Notes: generated from the letters alone by a model not told the origin. Shown: positions 1-9,729, counted from the first letter of the stretch. The stretch is 64,000 nt of DNA from Bacteroidales bacterium (GCA_036743455.1 DAINPM010000002.1:7349-71348), one strand, 5' to 3'. Made by a program: numbers and translations.

Positions 1-1
1 A

Positions 2-1336
2 GCCCCCAGAACATTACAGGCACTGGCAGCTGATTCTTCCTTCCCCTCAAAAAAAATAAACAAATGGTTGGCTCTGGGCAGAAAATCAGACAATGAGCCT
101 GCAAATGCAACCTTGGTAACCATAATTATTGCATTCGTATTTGTTGCTCTGGGAAATGTAAATGCCGTGGCAGAAATTATCTCTATGTTCTTTCTGGTAA
201 CATACGGCTCGCTCTGCCTTATCTCTTTCCTTAATCATTTTGGTTCTTCGCCCTCATACCGGCCTTCTTTCAGATCCAGATGGTATTTTTCTATTCTTGG
301 CTTTCTGGTAGCACTATGGGCCATGTTTAAAATAAATGCACCCTACGCCCTTATTTCACTTATCCTGATGACTTTTGTCTATACCTATATTAGTGCATAT
401 CATCGTGAAAGAGAAGGTCTGGAAGCCTTATTTGCCAATGCTCTCTTTCAGATTAACAGAAACATACAGGTTTACCTTCAGAGATCAGACAGTAAGAAAA
501 AAACAAAAGAATGGCGTCCGAGTGCTATCTGTATATCAAAGGATTCATTTCTAAGAGGCAGGGCTATCCAATTATTAAACTGGATATCATATAAATATGG
601 ATTTGGCACTTATCTTCACCGTATTGACGGATATTTTTCCAGAGCTACCAGGGAAAAAGCAGCTGAAGAATTATCAAAACTTATTGAAGTATACGATACC
701 GCAAATAATCATGTCTATGTCGATACTCTTATCTCTCCTTCTTACACCTCAGCACTGGCACAGGCTATCCAGGTACCCGGAATTTCCGGTATGGAAAATA
801 ACATGGTTATTTTTGAATACGACAAGGAACATCCTAATAATCTGAAAGATATAATAGAAAACACAGGCCTGATAAAAGCAGGTAATTTTGATATCTGTAT
901 ACTCGCAACCAGTAGTAAGGATATCAACTACAGTAACGGTATCCATGTATGGATCAATTCCCGTTATCCGGAAAACTCAAGCCTTTTAATCCTCTTAAGC
1001 TTTATTATATCTGACCATCCCGACTGGAGGAAATCAAGTATTAAAATATTTGAAACATGTAAACCGGAACAATATGATGAGGTAAAAGCTAATCTTACAG
1101 AACTGGTAAAATCAGGACGGCTGCCTATTACACAAAAAAATATAGAAATTATCAGAGAGACACCGGAAATGACTATCAAAAATCTGATAAATCAAAAATC
1201 CGCATCAGCCGGATTAACGATGATAGGCTTTGACACTCAAGTCCTTAAACATAACGGAGAATCGGTTCTCTGCGGATATGATGATATAGGAACAATACTG
1301 TTTGTAAACTCCCATACACAAAAAGAAATAGTCTGA
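2..1336 (+). CDS. APC-superfamily transporter resembling SLC12/cation-chloride cotransporters (annotated elsewhere as amino acid permease). It is 5'-truncated by the window edge.
   Basis: Frame 2 is open from base 2, and the TTG at 68 is only the ORF-track start. Hydrophobic helices (TLVTIIIAFVFVALG, FFLVTYGSLCLISFL, YFSILGFLVALWAMF, LISLILMTFVYTYI) are followed by a soluble tail of about 280 aa, as in bacterial CCC homologues. Confidence 0.6.
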   Translation, partial: APRTLQALAADSSFPSKKINKWLALGRKSDNEPANATLVTIIIAFVFVALGNVNAVAEIISMFFLVTYGSLCLISFLNHFGSSPSYRPSFRSRWYFSILGFLVALWAMFKINAPYALISLILMTFVYTYISAYHREREGLEALFANALFQINRNIQVYLQRSDSKKKTKEWRPSAICISKDSFLRGRAIQLLNWISYKYGFGTYLHRIDGYFSRATREKAAEELSKLIEVYDTANNHVYVDTLISPSYTSALAQAIQVPGISGMENNMVIFEYDKEHPNNLKDIIENTGLIKAGNFDICILATSSKDINYSNGIHVWINSRYPENSSLLILLSFIISDHPDWRKSSIKIFETCKPEQYDEVKANLTELVKSGRLPITQKNIEIIRETPEMTIKNLINQKSASAGLTMIGFDTQVLKHNGESVLCGYDDIGTILFVNSHTQKEIV

Positions 1337-1347
1337 TTATAAAACTG

Positions 1348-2694
1348 TTACATATCAACCGGACTACCTCTGGTCCTTCCCATCCACGAAAGATCAATAT
1401 CCGGCCCAAAATGATCTTTGAAGATCCTGTAATAAAATAACTCTTCTTTCGAATTTATTATTAACCCATTCGATAATTTCCGTTCCTTCCTGAATACATT
1501 GTCTGTAATTTGTGATTCAGCATAGTCTTTTAATATCTCTTCCACTCCTGCACCTTCCCAGAATTTTACTTTTGGCCTGTAAAGAATATTTTCGGGAAGC
1601 AATCCCTTCATGGCCTGTCTGAGTATCCATTTTTCTGTATTATTATAGATTTTATACTTTGCAGGAATGGTAAATGCATATCTGACAATATCGGGATTGG
1701 CAAAAACCAGATGAGCTACCAGCCCATGGGCAGAGGCACAACGATCAACTCTTTGAAATGCAGTATTATGGAGGCTGCCGGTAATTCTGAGCAATTCATT
1801 TTCAAGACCTGATTGTGGAATTGATTTAAGGTATCTATATCCTGCAAACAACTCATCTCCCCCTTCTCCGGAAAAGACTTCACTCACATAATCAGAAGCC
1901 AGTTTTGCAACAAGATAATTAGTAATACTCGACCTCACCAAAAGGGCATCAAATGATTCAAGATGATAAATAACATCCGGTAATTTCTTTATCAGATCAT
2001 TTATAGTGACGATCATTTCGTGATGTTCCGATTTAATGAACTGTGCCATTTCTTTTGCATACCGCAGATCAGGTGCACCTTTAAACCCCGATGCAAAAGT
2101 CTTTAATCGTCTTATCTTTTTTGTTGCCAAAGCACATATTGCACTTGAGTCGAGGCCTCCGGAAAGCCATGATCCTACATCATCCGATTTAATACAATCG
2201 GATACTGCCCGGTCAAGATGATCAAGTAAATCAGCAGCTATAATACCAGGATCATCTTCAACAGTCTGCAAACCCTTTAAACGGAAAAAGGAATTCAGGC
2301 CCTCATTATCCAGAAAATGACCAGGAGGTAACTCCTTTATTTCATTGGTGACCGGTAGCAGTGCTTTCACTTCTGAAGCGAAACATAGATTCCCGTCCTT
2401 ATCACTTGCATAATATAAAGGAGCAACACCCAATTCATCACGATACAGGATAATATCTTTTTCTCCGGGTTTAACAAAGGCAAAATGACCCGGACCATTG
2501 TTATATGCCACATTACCTTCAGAGATATGTTTTCTGATACCTTCTATTTCCGATTCGTTCCAGATGAGTCCTACAGTATTTCCATTTGCTTCAAATACTG
2601 AAATCCCCGATATTCCCCTGTAACGGATCCTGTCAAGCATAGCTTCAACCTCCACGTTTGCACCTCTTGTTGCTATTCCTGCAATTCCTGCCAT
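1348..2694 (-). CDS. Asparagine-synthetase-B-family ATP-dependent amide ligase with no glutaminase nucleophile (Ala2) and a shortened N-domain.
   Basis: The start codon is ATG at 2692-2694. It has the PP-loop SGGLDSS (res 178-184) and the SGEGGDELFAGY motif. The N-terminus is MAGIAG where class-II amidotransferases have MCGI; codon 2 is GCA at 2689-2691. Confidence 0.8.
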   Translation of the reverse strand: MAGIAGIATRGANVEVEAMLDRIRYRGISGISVFEANGNTVGLIWNESEIEGIRKHISEGNVAYNNGPGHFAFVKPGEKDIILYRDELGVAPLYYASDKDGNLCFASEVKALLPVTNEIKELPPGHFLDNEGLNSFFRLKGLQTVEDDPGIIAADLLDHLDRAVSDCIKSDDVGSWLSGGLDSSAICALATKKIRRLKTFASGFKGAPDLRYAKEMAQFIKSEHHEMIVTINDLIKKLPDVIYHLESFDALLVRSSITNYLVAKLASDYVSEVFSGEGGDELFAGYRYLKSIPQSGLENELLRITGSLHNTAFQRVDRCASAHGLVAHLVFANPDIVRYAFTIPAKYKIYNNTEKWILRQAMKGLLPENILYRPKVKFWEGAGVEEILKDYAESQITDNVFRKERKLSNGLIINSKEELFYYRIFKDHFGPDIDLSWMGRTRGSPVDM

Positions 2695-2806
2695 ATCTCA
2701 ATTCCTTTCTTTTGTATACTGTGACAGTTTTTCTTTTCCTGCGTATTTATACAGGCAGGATAAAAACCTTATAAAATGTCGCAGTATTTAATAATTTATA
2801 ATCGTT

Positions 2807-4438
2807 TCAAATCCCCTTAAGCTTTTTAATTCTTTCTTCTTCAGTTAATCTCCTTCCCGTATTCCTGTCTATAGCGTACCATGCACCGTCAATAAGGTTT
2901 GTGGTAATAGTTCCACACAGATGTGGGTTTCCCTGGAAATGAGGTGTATCAAATAATCCCGTTTTTATTGCTTCAGCTATAACTGCAGCATCCGACCAGG
3001 GATCATCGCTTTTGTCCTTACCTCTTCTTCTAAGTTCTTCCAACAGAATCCGGGCCTCATTTTTTAATTCTTCCTTTCTTTCTCTTACAATTGTGTTTCC
3101 CGTCATGTCGGGTAATCCGTAGAGAGTATTATGAAGGACACCGTGTATTATATTACAGCTCTGTATGAGTTCATCAGGAAAGATTGCATGATCGCCTTCG
3201 CTGAATCCAACCACATGAAGAATATGTGGTTTAAGAGCCAGACTGATGACAGCTGATGCAGCCAGCTGACCCTTTGCTATGGAAGGATCAGCTGATAAAT
3301 GTGCCAAACCTGCCCTGACCTGACGGAATACAGTGAAAGAATCGTCATCCAGTTCTCTTATCATTTCATCTTTCGCCAGCATCTTTGCAATATCCATTTC
3401 AGCTGATGTCCCGGGTGGATTATTAAACATATACTGTGATACATAGTGCCGGACTCCGGCTTTTTTTGCATTGTAAGCTGCCAGAAAGGCCATTGCCACT
3501 GCCAGAGGATCATGCGCATCTCTAAGACTCCACTGATGTGATTCGTTAACTTCAACAGGAATACCTTTAAGGGCATACCAGTGCATTACTTCCTGATTCT
3601 CTCTTATCGCTTCTTCCATTGGTCTTTTTGATCTTCCGTCAATGACATTATACCAACATAAGGGTATTGCACCCCATGCATTATTTATCGTCCTGACACT
3701 CATCTCCGCCCACTTCATAAGATCACGTGTTCCGGCATAACATCTGACCAGGGGGTAGTTTCCACATCTCGTACTATTGTATATGGCTTCAAGATCTTCT
3801 GCCTTTCTTAGAGGAACACCACCTGCTCCATCCTGAGTGGGATCCATATCGTCAGGATGAAAAAAATGCTCCTGCGCATTCTGATCAGGTCCAATACTTA
3901 GTACATCGAGCACACCGGCTTCTGATATTTTAATTACCCCCTCAAGGGTCTCTGCCATTGTAGGTCTGCCAAAATGATGACGCAGAAGAGGGTAAGGATA
4001 CTTTTGTTCTATTCTCCCAATAAGAGTATCAGATAATGAACCTTCAGCTGCCCTTATGTTTGTCCCTCTCAGATACTGTCTTATTGATTCAACAGACTCT
4101 GTACCGTTAAATACCTTTTCAAACAGTCCGGATTTTACTGCCCGTTCGGCTACCGGGGCTGTCCCTCCGAAAATCATTCTTGTCTTTTCTAATTCTGCTT
4201 TCTTTAATTCGGAACCAAGATCTGCAAACAGTTCTGCTGCTGCCTCAGGAGTCAGTCTGTAACTCAGAGCAGTTATATCTGGTTCTTCATCTCTTATTAA
4301 TCTGACAAGTCTTTCTACCGATACTGCAGGGCCAAAAGTAATAGTCCGATATCCTTCCATCTCTGCCAGCCTGAGAAAATGATGCAGCCCTGCAACATGC
4401 ACGCAACTGCCTATGGCAGCACCAATAATCTTTTTCAT
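2807..4438 (-). CDS. B12-binding-type Rossmann domain (N-terminal, about 120 aa) fused to a putative alpha/beta barrel of about 400 aa. It is mutase/aminomutase-like and its function is unknown.
   Basis: The motif series C12-V-H14-V-A-G17 ... S59 ... G91-G92 has the canonical DxHxxG/SxL/GG spacing. The C-terminal region (LLRHHFGRP..., NESHQW...) loosely recalls the glutamate mutase E / aminomutase barrel. The assignment rests on motifs only. Confidence 0.55.
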   Translation of the reverse strand: MKKIIGAAIGSCVHVAGLHHFLRLAEMEGYRTITFGPAVSVERLVRLIRDEEPDITALSYRLTPEAAAELFADLGSELKKAELEKTRMIFGGTAPVAERAVKSGLFEKVFNGTESVESIRQYLRGTNIRAAEGSLSDTLIGRIEQKYPYPLLRHHFGRPTMAETLEGVIKISEAGVLDVLSIGPDQNAQEHFFHPDDMDPTQDGAGGVPLRKAEDLEAIYNSTRCGNYPLVRCYAGTRDLMKWAEMSVRTINNAWGAIPLCWYNVIDGRSKRPMEEAIRENQEVMHWYALKGIPVEVNESHQWSLRDAHDPLAVAMAFLAAYNAKKAGVRHYVSQYMFNNPPGTSAEMDIAKMLAKDEMIRELDDDSFTVFRQVRAGLAHLSADPSIAKGQLAASAVISLALKPHILHVVGFSEGDHAIFPDELIQSCNIIHGVLHNTLYGLPDMTGNTIVRERKEELKNEARILLEELRRRGKDKSDDPWSDAAVIAEAIKTGLFDTPHFQGNPHLCGTITTNLIDGAWYAIDRNTGRRLTEEERIKKLKGI

Positions 4439-4479
4439 AGCGCAATTGTTTCAGATTAAATAATATCAGCAGCTCTTCT

Positions 4480-5583
4480 CTATTTGACCTGCTCTCCTAT
4501 TGCAAGTAAGCGGAGATCCCTGACACTCATTCCGGCAATGCCCAGGTTCTCTACTGTTCTGCCGTCTGCCCAGTAATCAGTATTATTAATTACGCAACCC
4601 AGTTGAATGATTGAATTAATGGACGGAGTACTTACATTAAGCATCTTTCCGGTTGAGGCTATCGGGACAAGACTGAAAGGGATATCTTCGTTGAGATATC
4701 TTACATTTAAGGATCGGGGTGCCATTATACCTCTGTAACCTGTGTTTTTTCTCATGGCTTCAAAGAGGGTATTACCTGCAGATGAATATGCCATATACAA
4801 CCACTGCTGTGCTGAAATAACACGTATTCCTATGGCCTCTGCCACTTTTATCCGCTCTTCGTCAATCATTTCAAGAACTCTTGTTACTCCAGGAGTTGCC
4901 CCTTCATGATAGAACTGGAAATCAATATCGTGTTCTATCCACCCAGCATTGAGAATACACAATGCAGGGTGAAACACACTCCCTATGTTCTCAAAACTCG
5001 TTTTTATAACATTGTCTCCCGGGACAAACTGAGGATACAACAGACGCAGTTTACTTATGAGATCCGGGATCAGATGTGCTCTTATCGTTGCCACAGGAAT
5101 TGAATGTTTTACCCTGAATATATGTACCTGCGACGGGCCGGTGGCCCGGGAAGCATAAATAAATGTCTGAGCTTCTCCTATTATAACATTTGTGTTTGCT
5201 TTCTTTTTTAACAAGACCTGCTTGAATTCGATAGCTCCGAATGTCCTTCCCGGATGAAGTACGATTATCTGATTATCTGACAGAAAAGGCGCCATTTGTT
5301 CAGCCATCCAGCGATGGCCATAAGCCGGAACAACAACCATTATGAACTCAACATCTTCTATGGCCTCTTTTATTGAGTTGGTAGCCATATTAAGCTTTCC
5401 GAACCCTTCAATCTCTCCTGTAAGTTCTATTGTCCCTGAAGATTTTACTCCCCATAACCTTTCTTCCCCTCTGTTAAACAGATTCACTTTATGCCCCATA
5501 AGTGCGAGATGACCGGCCATAGCCAGACCGCCATGCCCTGCACCAAGAACAGCAACCTTACGTATATCTGCATTAGCTGACAT
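4480..5583 (-). CDS. NAD(P)-dependent opine dehydrogenase family protein (octopine/nopaline dehydrogenase-like).
   Basis: It has the N-terminal dinucleotide fold KVAVLGAGHGGLAMAGHL and a C-terminal block GSVFHPALCILNAGWIE. The length of 367 aa is typical of the family. Confidence 0.75.
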   Translation of the reverse strand: MSANADIRKVAVLGAGHGGLAMAGHLALMGHKVNLFNRGEERLWGVKSSGTIELTGEIEGFGKLNMATNSIKEAIEDVEFIMVVVPAYGHRWMAEQMAPFLSDNQIIVLHPGRTFGAIEFKQVLLKKKANTNVIIGEAQTFIYASRATGPSQVHIFRVKHSIPVATIRAHLIPDLISKLRLLYPQFVPGDNVIKTSFENIGSVFHPALCILNAGWIEHDIDFQFYHEGATPGVTRVLEMIDEERIKVAEAIGIRVISAQQWLYMAYSSAGNTLFEAMRKNTGYRGIMAPRSLNVRYLNEDIPFSLVPIASTGKMLNVSTPSINSIIQLGCVINNTDYWADGRTVENLGIAGMSVRDLRLLAIGEQVK

Positions 5584-5651
5584 TGTTTTATAAATATCTT
5601 ACATATATTAAAAAACCTCTGTCGTAAGGAATAAAATTATATGCCCTCTTA

Positions 5652-5659
5652 CAAATATA
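5652..5659 (-). promoter_or_regulatory. Candidate Bacteroidota -7 box (TATATTTG) for the 5583-1348 operon.
   Basis: The reverse complement of caaatata matches TAnnTTTG. It lies about 70 nt upstream of the ATG at 5583 and downstream of the terminator at 5741-5764. Confidence 0.3.
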
Positions 5660-5735
5660 ATGAAATCCCGGGATAAAACCCAGAATAAGGCAATCAATAA
5701 TCTGATTACCCGGCAAAAACATTAACAGCTAACCA

Positions 5736-5770
5736 GAAAAAAGGATGCCCATTTGAGCATCCTTCTAAAA
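5736..5770 (-). terminator. Intrinsic terminator downstream of the coiled-coil protein gene.
   Basis: A perfect 8-bp stem pairs aaggatgc (5741-5748) with gcatcctt (5757-5764) around an 8-nt loop. A U-run follows on the minus strand (A-run 5736-5742 on plus). Confidence 0.7.
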
Positions 5771-5798
5771 ACAAAGTATTAAAAACAAGAAAAAACAA

Positions 5799-6665
5799 TT
5801 ACTTAAGTCTTAATCTGCAATTCCCGATATTTTTATCATTGCATATTATTTCAATCTTATACTCTCCTTTGTCCAATTTTTCTTCAGCCAAATATGTAAG
5901 AGAAACTGTTCGCATCTGTTCTGCCTTTCCAGGCATAGATGAAAGAGAAGCAGTATAAGAATCCTTATCAGGTAATATATCCCAGCTAAGAGATGAATTA
6001 TCAGGTGTTATTGTTGTTCCTGAAGGAGTAGTGATCGTGAAACTTATTTCTTCTGACAGATCCTGTGGCACTTCAAATTGCACATTAAGCTTCTTTGTCA
6101 GGCATGACCAGAAAGAAAGCTTTTCTCTTTTCCTGCCTCTTGAACCATAGGCAAGAAAATTATCTGAAGAATACAGTGACATCTCCTGTAACTGGCTTTC
6201 AAGAGATTCTTTTTCTTCTTCTATAGCAACAAGGTTGTTTTGCATTGTTTCATTTTCAGCTGTCTTTTCTTCAAATTCGGTTTTCAGACGCGCATATTCA
6301 TTTTCCAGACCGTCTTTCTCTTCTTTTATCACTTCCAGTTCAGCATTATTTTCTTCTAATGTTTTTCTTGCCCGTGACAAAGAAGCTATTGTTCTGTCTT
6401 TTTGAGTAAGGGATGTCTGCATGTCTGCAATTTCCTTACTGCTTGCTTCATTTACCGCCTGAAGGGAAGCAAGATCGTTTTTAACCTTTTCAAGCTCCTG
6501 TTCAACCTGAACCCGTTCTGATAAAAGAGATTCCGACTTAAGCTTTTCAGCATTCAGATTACGTTTTGTTTTGGCATTCACAAAAAATGCGCCGATTGCC
6601 AGGAGCAGTAAAAGTACCAAGATCACTGCCCCGATAATTACCTTCCTGTCCTGTTCTGATTCCAT
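5799..6665 (-). CDS. Membrane-anchored coiled-coil protein with a C-terminal beta-rich domain (hypothetical).
   Basis: The ORF-track start at 6716 is a TTG. The ATG at 6663-6665 gives MESEQDRK followed by the TM helix VIIGAVILVLLLLLAIGAFFV. About 140 aa of heptad-like E/K/L-rich sequence follows. No family was recognised. Confidence 0.6.
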   Translation of the reverse strand: MESEQDRKVIIGAVILVLLLLLAIGAFFVNAKTKRNLNAEKLKSESLLSERVQVEQELEKVKNDLASLQAVNEASSKEIADMQTSLTQKDRTIASLSRARKTLEENNAELEVIKEEKDGLENEYARLKTEFEEKTAENETMQNNLVAIEEEKESLESQLQEMSLYSSDNFLAYGSRGRKREKLSFWSCLTKKLNVQFEVPQDLSEEISFTITTPSGTTITPDNSSLSWDILPDKDSYTASLSSMPGKAEQMRTVSLTYLAEEKLDKGEYKIEIICNDKNIGNCRLRLK

Positions 6666-6750
6666 TTTTTTTTTAGTTTTAGTGTTATATATACAATAAT
6701 ATAACAATTTATTCAATTAATGAAAAAAACCGTGAAGAAAACCCGATAAA

Positions 6751-9360
6751 TCACTTCAATAGTTTTTTAATATTGTATAATTTATTTAAAGCTTCTACCG
6801 GGGTCAGATTATTTATATCCAGATCCAGTATTTCATCACGTATTTGCTTCAGGACAGGATCATCAAGCTGAAATATACTTAGCTGTAATCCTTCTCTGTG
6901 ATCAGCCAGACCGGCAATTGGTTTAACCAGTTCCTGTTTTTCATGGCTTTGTTCAAGTTCTTTCAGTATTTCGTCAGCACGGTTTACAACACTTTTTGGC
7001 ATCCCTGCCATTTTAGCCACATGAATACCAAAACTATGTTCACTTCCTCCTCTTTTAAGTTTTCTCAGAAAGATAACCTTGTTGTTCATTTCTCTTATTG
7101 AAACATTGTAGTTCCTGACTCTTTGGAAGGAATTTTCCATTTCATTCAGCTCATGATAATGAGTTGCGAACAATGTTTTTGCCCTCATTTTGTTTTCGTG
7201 CAGGAACTCAACCATAGCCCAGGCAATTGAGATGCCATCGTAAGTACTTGTCCCCCGCCCTATCTCATCAAGAAGGATAAGGCTTCTCTCGGAAAGATTA
7301 TTCAGAATACTTGCCGTCTCATTCATCTCAACCATAAAAGTTGATTCACCCAGACTAATATTATCGCTTGCCCCTACTCTTGTAAATATTTTATCCACTA
7401 TCCCTATATTTGCCGCTCCGGCAGGCACAAAACACCCTACCTGAGCCATCAATACTATAAGGGCTGTCTGTCTCAAAAGAGCCGATTTTCCCGACATATT
7501 TGGTCCGGTTAATATGATTATCTGCTGATCTTCAGAATCGAGAAAAAGGTCATTTGGAACATATGATTCCCCGGGAGCTAACTGTTTCTCTATTACAGGA
7601 TGCCGTCCTTCTTTTATGTCAATAACTTTGGTATTGTCAAGAGCAGGCCTTTTATATCCGTTTTCAATAGATATAGCGGCAAATGAAAGGAGACAATCAA
7701 TACGGGCAACAAGCAGTGAATCAACCTGAATAACCGGAATATATTCAATGATGGATAATACAAGATCGTTGAATAATTTTGTTTCCAGCTCAAGAATCTT
7801 TTCTTCAGCACCGAGGATTTTACTTTCATATTCCTTCAGTTCTCCGGTAATATATCTTTCAGCACTCACAAGGGTCTGTTTGCGGATCCATTCAGACGGA
7901 ACCTTATTTTTGTGAGTATTCCTTACTTCTATATAATACCCGAAAACATTATTATACCCTACTTTCAAAGAACTTATCCCGGTTTTTTTACTCTCTCTGT
8001 CCTGTAAATCAGCCAGATAATCCTTGCTACTGTACAGGATAAGCCTTAGTTCATCCAGTTCGGCTGATACTCCTTCTGCAATTATGTTTCCCCTGTTTAT
8101 CTGAACAGGAGGATCATCATTCACGTTGCGTTCAATATTATCGGCAAGAGATCTGCAGTGATTAAGTTCTTTCCCGATTTTCACCAAAGGTTCACAGTCA
8201 CTTTTTTCACATAAATCCTTAAGACTCTCAATAGCTCTTAAGGCCTTTTTCAACTGCACAGCTTCTCTCGGATTTAACCTGTTGACAGCCACCTTGGAAG
8301 AAAGCCTTTCCAGATCACCAATCTGTTTCAGCAACCCGGATATCCTGTCTCTGAAAGGAGCATTTTCCAGAAAATACTGGACAATATCCAGTCTTTCATT
8401 TATCGGCTGCAAATCTTTAAGAGGAAGAGAGAGCCATCTTTTAAGCAAACGTCCACCCATTGGTGACACAGTATTGTCCATCACATCGATCAGAGTCCGG
8501 GCTCCTTCGTATGGCGATTGAAATATTTCCAGGTTTTTTATTGTAAACTTATCAAGCCAGACATATCTGTCTCCATCAATACGTGAAATATTTGTTATAT
8601 GTCCAAGTTGTTCATGCCTGGTGATATCAAGATAATAGAGAATTGCACCTGCTGCAATTATTCCAAGAGACAGCCCCTGAACACCAAAGCCTTTTAATGA
8701 ACTTGTTTCAAATTGTTTTAAAAGACGGTCGTTGGCTGCATCCGGAGTAAATATCCAGTCATCCAGCCTGTTCGTATAAAATCTGGTGCCGAAATATTCA
8801 TGAAAAAGATTTGTATTATCTTTTTCATGTAGTACCTCTTTAGGCTGAAAATTATTCAGCATCTGATCTATATAATCGATAGTACCCTCAGAAACGAGAA
8901 ATTCACCTGTTGATATGTCAAGGAATGCAACACCTCCTATTTTCTTGTCAATATGTACAGCAGCCAGGAAATTGTTTTCCTTATGCATCAATACATTATC
9001 ATTAAGGGACACCCCTGGAGTAATAAGTTCTGTAATGCCTCGTTTAACGATTTTTTTGGCCAGTTTGGGATCTTCCAGCTGCTCACATATAGCTACTCTT
9101 TGCCCTGCCCTTACAAGCCGCGGAAGATAAGTGTCCAGTGCATGGTATGGAAAACCTGCAAGTTCAACAAAAGAAGCTGATCCGTTGGCTCTCCGTGTCA
9201 GAGTTATACCGAGTATCTCCGAAGCACGGACTGCATCCTCTCCAAAGGTCTCATAAAAATCTCCTACCCTGAATAAAAGTATGGCATCAGGATGCTTGCC
9301 CTTGATGGCTGAATACTGTTTCATCAGTGGTGTTTGCGCATACTTCTTATTTTCCGGCAT
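6751..9360 (-). CDS. mutS: DNA mismatch repair protein MutS.
   Basis: Blocks seen are [15 protein letters not shown] at the N-terminus, the Walker A motif [20 protein letters not shown], and FATHYHEL. The protein is 869 aa. Confidence 0.97.
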   Translation of the reverse strand: MPENKKYAQTPLMKQYSAIKGKHPDAILLFRVGDFYETFGEDAVRASEILGITLTRRANGSASFVELAGFPYHALDTYLPRLVRAGQRVAICEQLEDPKLAKKIVKRGITELITPGVSLNDNVLMHKENNFLAAVHIDKKIGGVAFLDISTGEFLVSEGTIDYIDQMLNNFQPKEVLHEKDNTNLFHEYFGTRFYTNRLDDWIFTPDAANDRLLKQFETSSLKGFGVQGLSLGIIAAGAILYYLDITRHEQLGHITNISRIDGDRYVWLDKFTIKNLEIFQSPYEGARTLIDVMDNTVSPMGGRLLKRWLSLPLKDLQPINERLDIVQYFLENAPFRDRISGLLKQIGDLERLSSKVAVNRLNPREAVQLKKALRAIESLKDLCEKSDCEPLVKIGKELNHCRSLADNIERNVNDDPPVQINRGNIIAEGVSAELDELRLILYSSKDYLADLQDRESKKTGISSLKVGYNNVFGYYIEVRNTHKNKVPSEWIRKQTLVSAERYITGELKEYESKILGAEEKILELETKLFNDLVLSIIEYIPVIQVDSLLVARIDCLLSFAAISIENGYKRPALDNTKVIDIKEGRHPVIEKQLAPGESYVPNDLFLDSEDQQIIILTGPNMSGKSALLRQTALIVLMAQVGCFVPAGAANIGIVDKIFTRVGASDNISLGESTFMVEMNETASILNNLSERSLILLDEIGRGTSTYDGISIAWAMVEFLHENKMRAKTLFATHYHELNEMENSFQRVRNYNVSIREMNNKVIFLRKLKRGGSEHSFGIHVAKMAGMPKSVVNRADEILKELEQSHEKQELVKPIAGLADHREGLQLSIFQLDDPVLKQIRDEILDLDINNLTPVEALNKLYNIKKLLK

Positions 9361-9443
9361 ATGAATGCTAATGGCGAAGACAATTTTATACTGACTGCTA
9401 ACAAAGATACAATTTTATACTGATTCAATTCTCTCCAGACTCT

Positions 9444-9644
9444 TCATGCAGCATGCAAATTATTGTGGTAAAAATAATCTTCATTACCCATGCCTGTATA
9501 TTCAATTGGTATAAACCCCGGAGCAAGCTCTGGATTCCATAATTTACTATACCGTTTTTTTACCATGTTTTCAGAGACTATTCTGTGTTTCCAATAACAA
9601 ACCATTACATCGGGGCTTAGGTGAAATTTGCTAATGCCGCTCAT
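9444..9644 (-). CDS. Small hypothetical ORF (66 aa) upstream of mutS.
   Basis: It has an ATG start at 9642-9644 and is the only ORF in a 369-nt divergent intergenic region. It has no recognisable family and may be non-coding. Confidence 0.2.
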   Translation of the reverse strand: MSGISKFHLSPDVMVCYWKHRIVSENMVKKRYSKLWNPELAPGFIPIEYTGMGNEDYFYHNNLHAA

Positions 9645-9729
9645 TTTACTTATTTTTATCTATCTCACCAGTAATATAAATTACTGATAATGGAGAATAT
9701 TAATTTATTCCGGTGAAATATTTAATATT

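Noticed and set aside
5584-5798. I looked for a cobalamin riboswitch (B12 box) or another leader RNA upstream of the operon that contains the B12-type domain protein.
   Set aside because: I recognised no B12-box-like consensus or extended conserved helices on the minus strand. The region contains only the upstream gene's terminator and a -7-like box. A covariance-model scan (Rfam RF00174) would be decisive.
6666-6675. A homopolymer of 10 (A10 on the coding strand) immediately 5' of the ATG of the coiled-coil protein gene. I considered it as a slipped-strand phase-variation tract.
   Set aside because: The tract lies outside the coding frame, and A-rich unstructured leaders are the normal translation-initiation context in Bacteroidota. 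I have no evidence of length variation from a single sequence.
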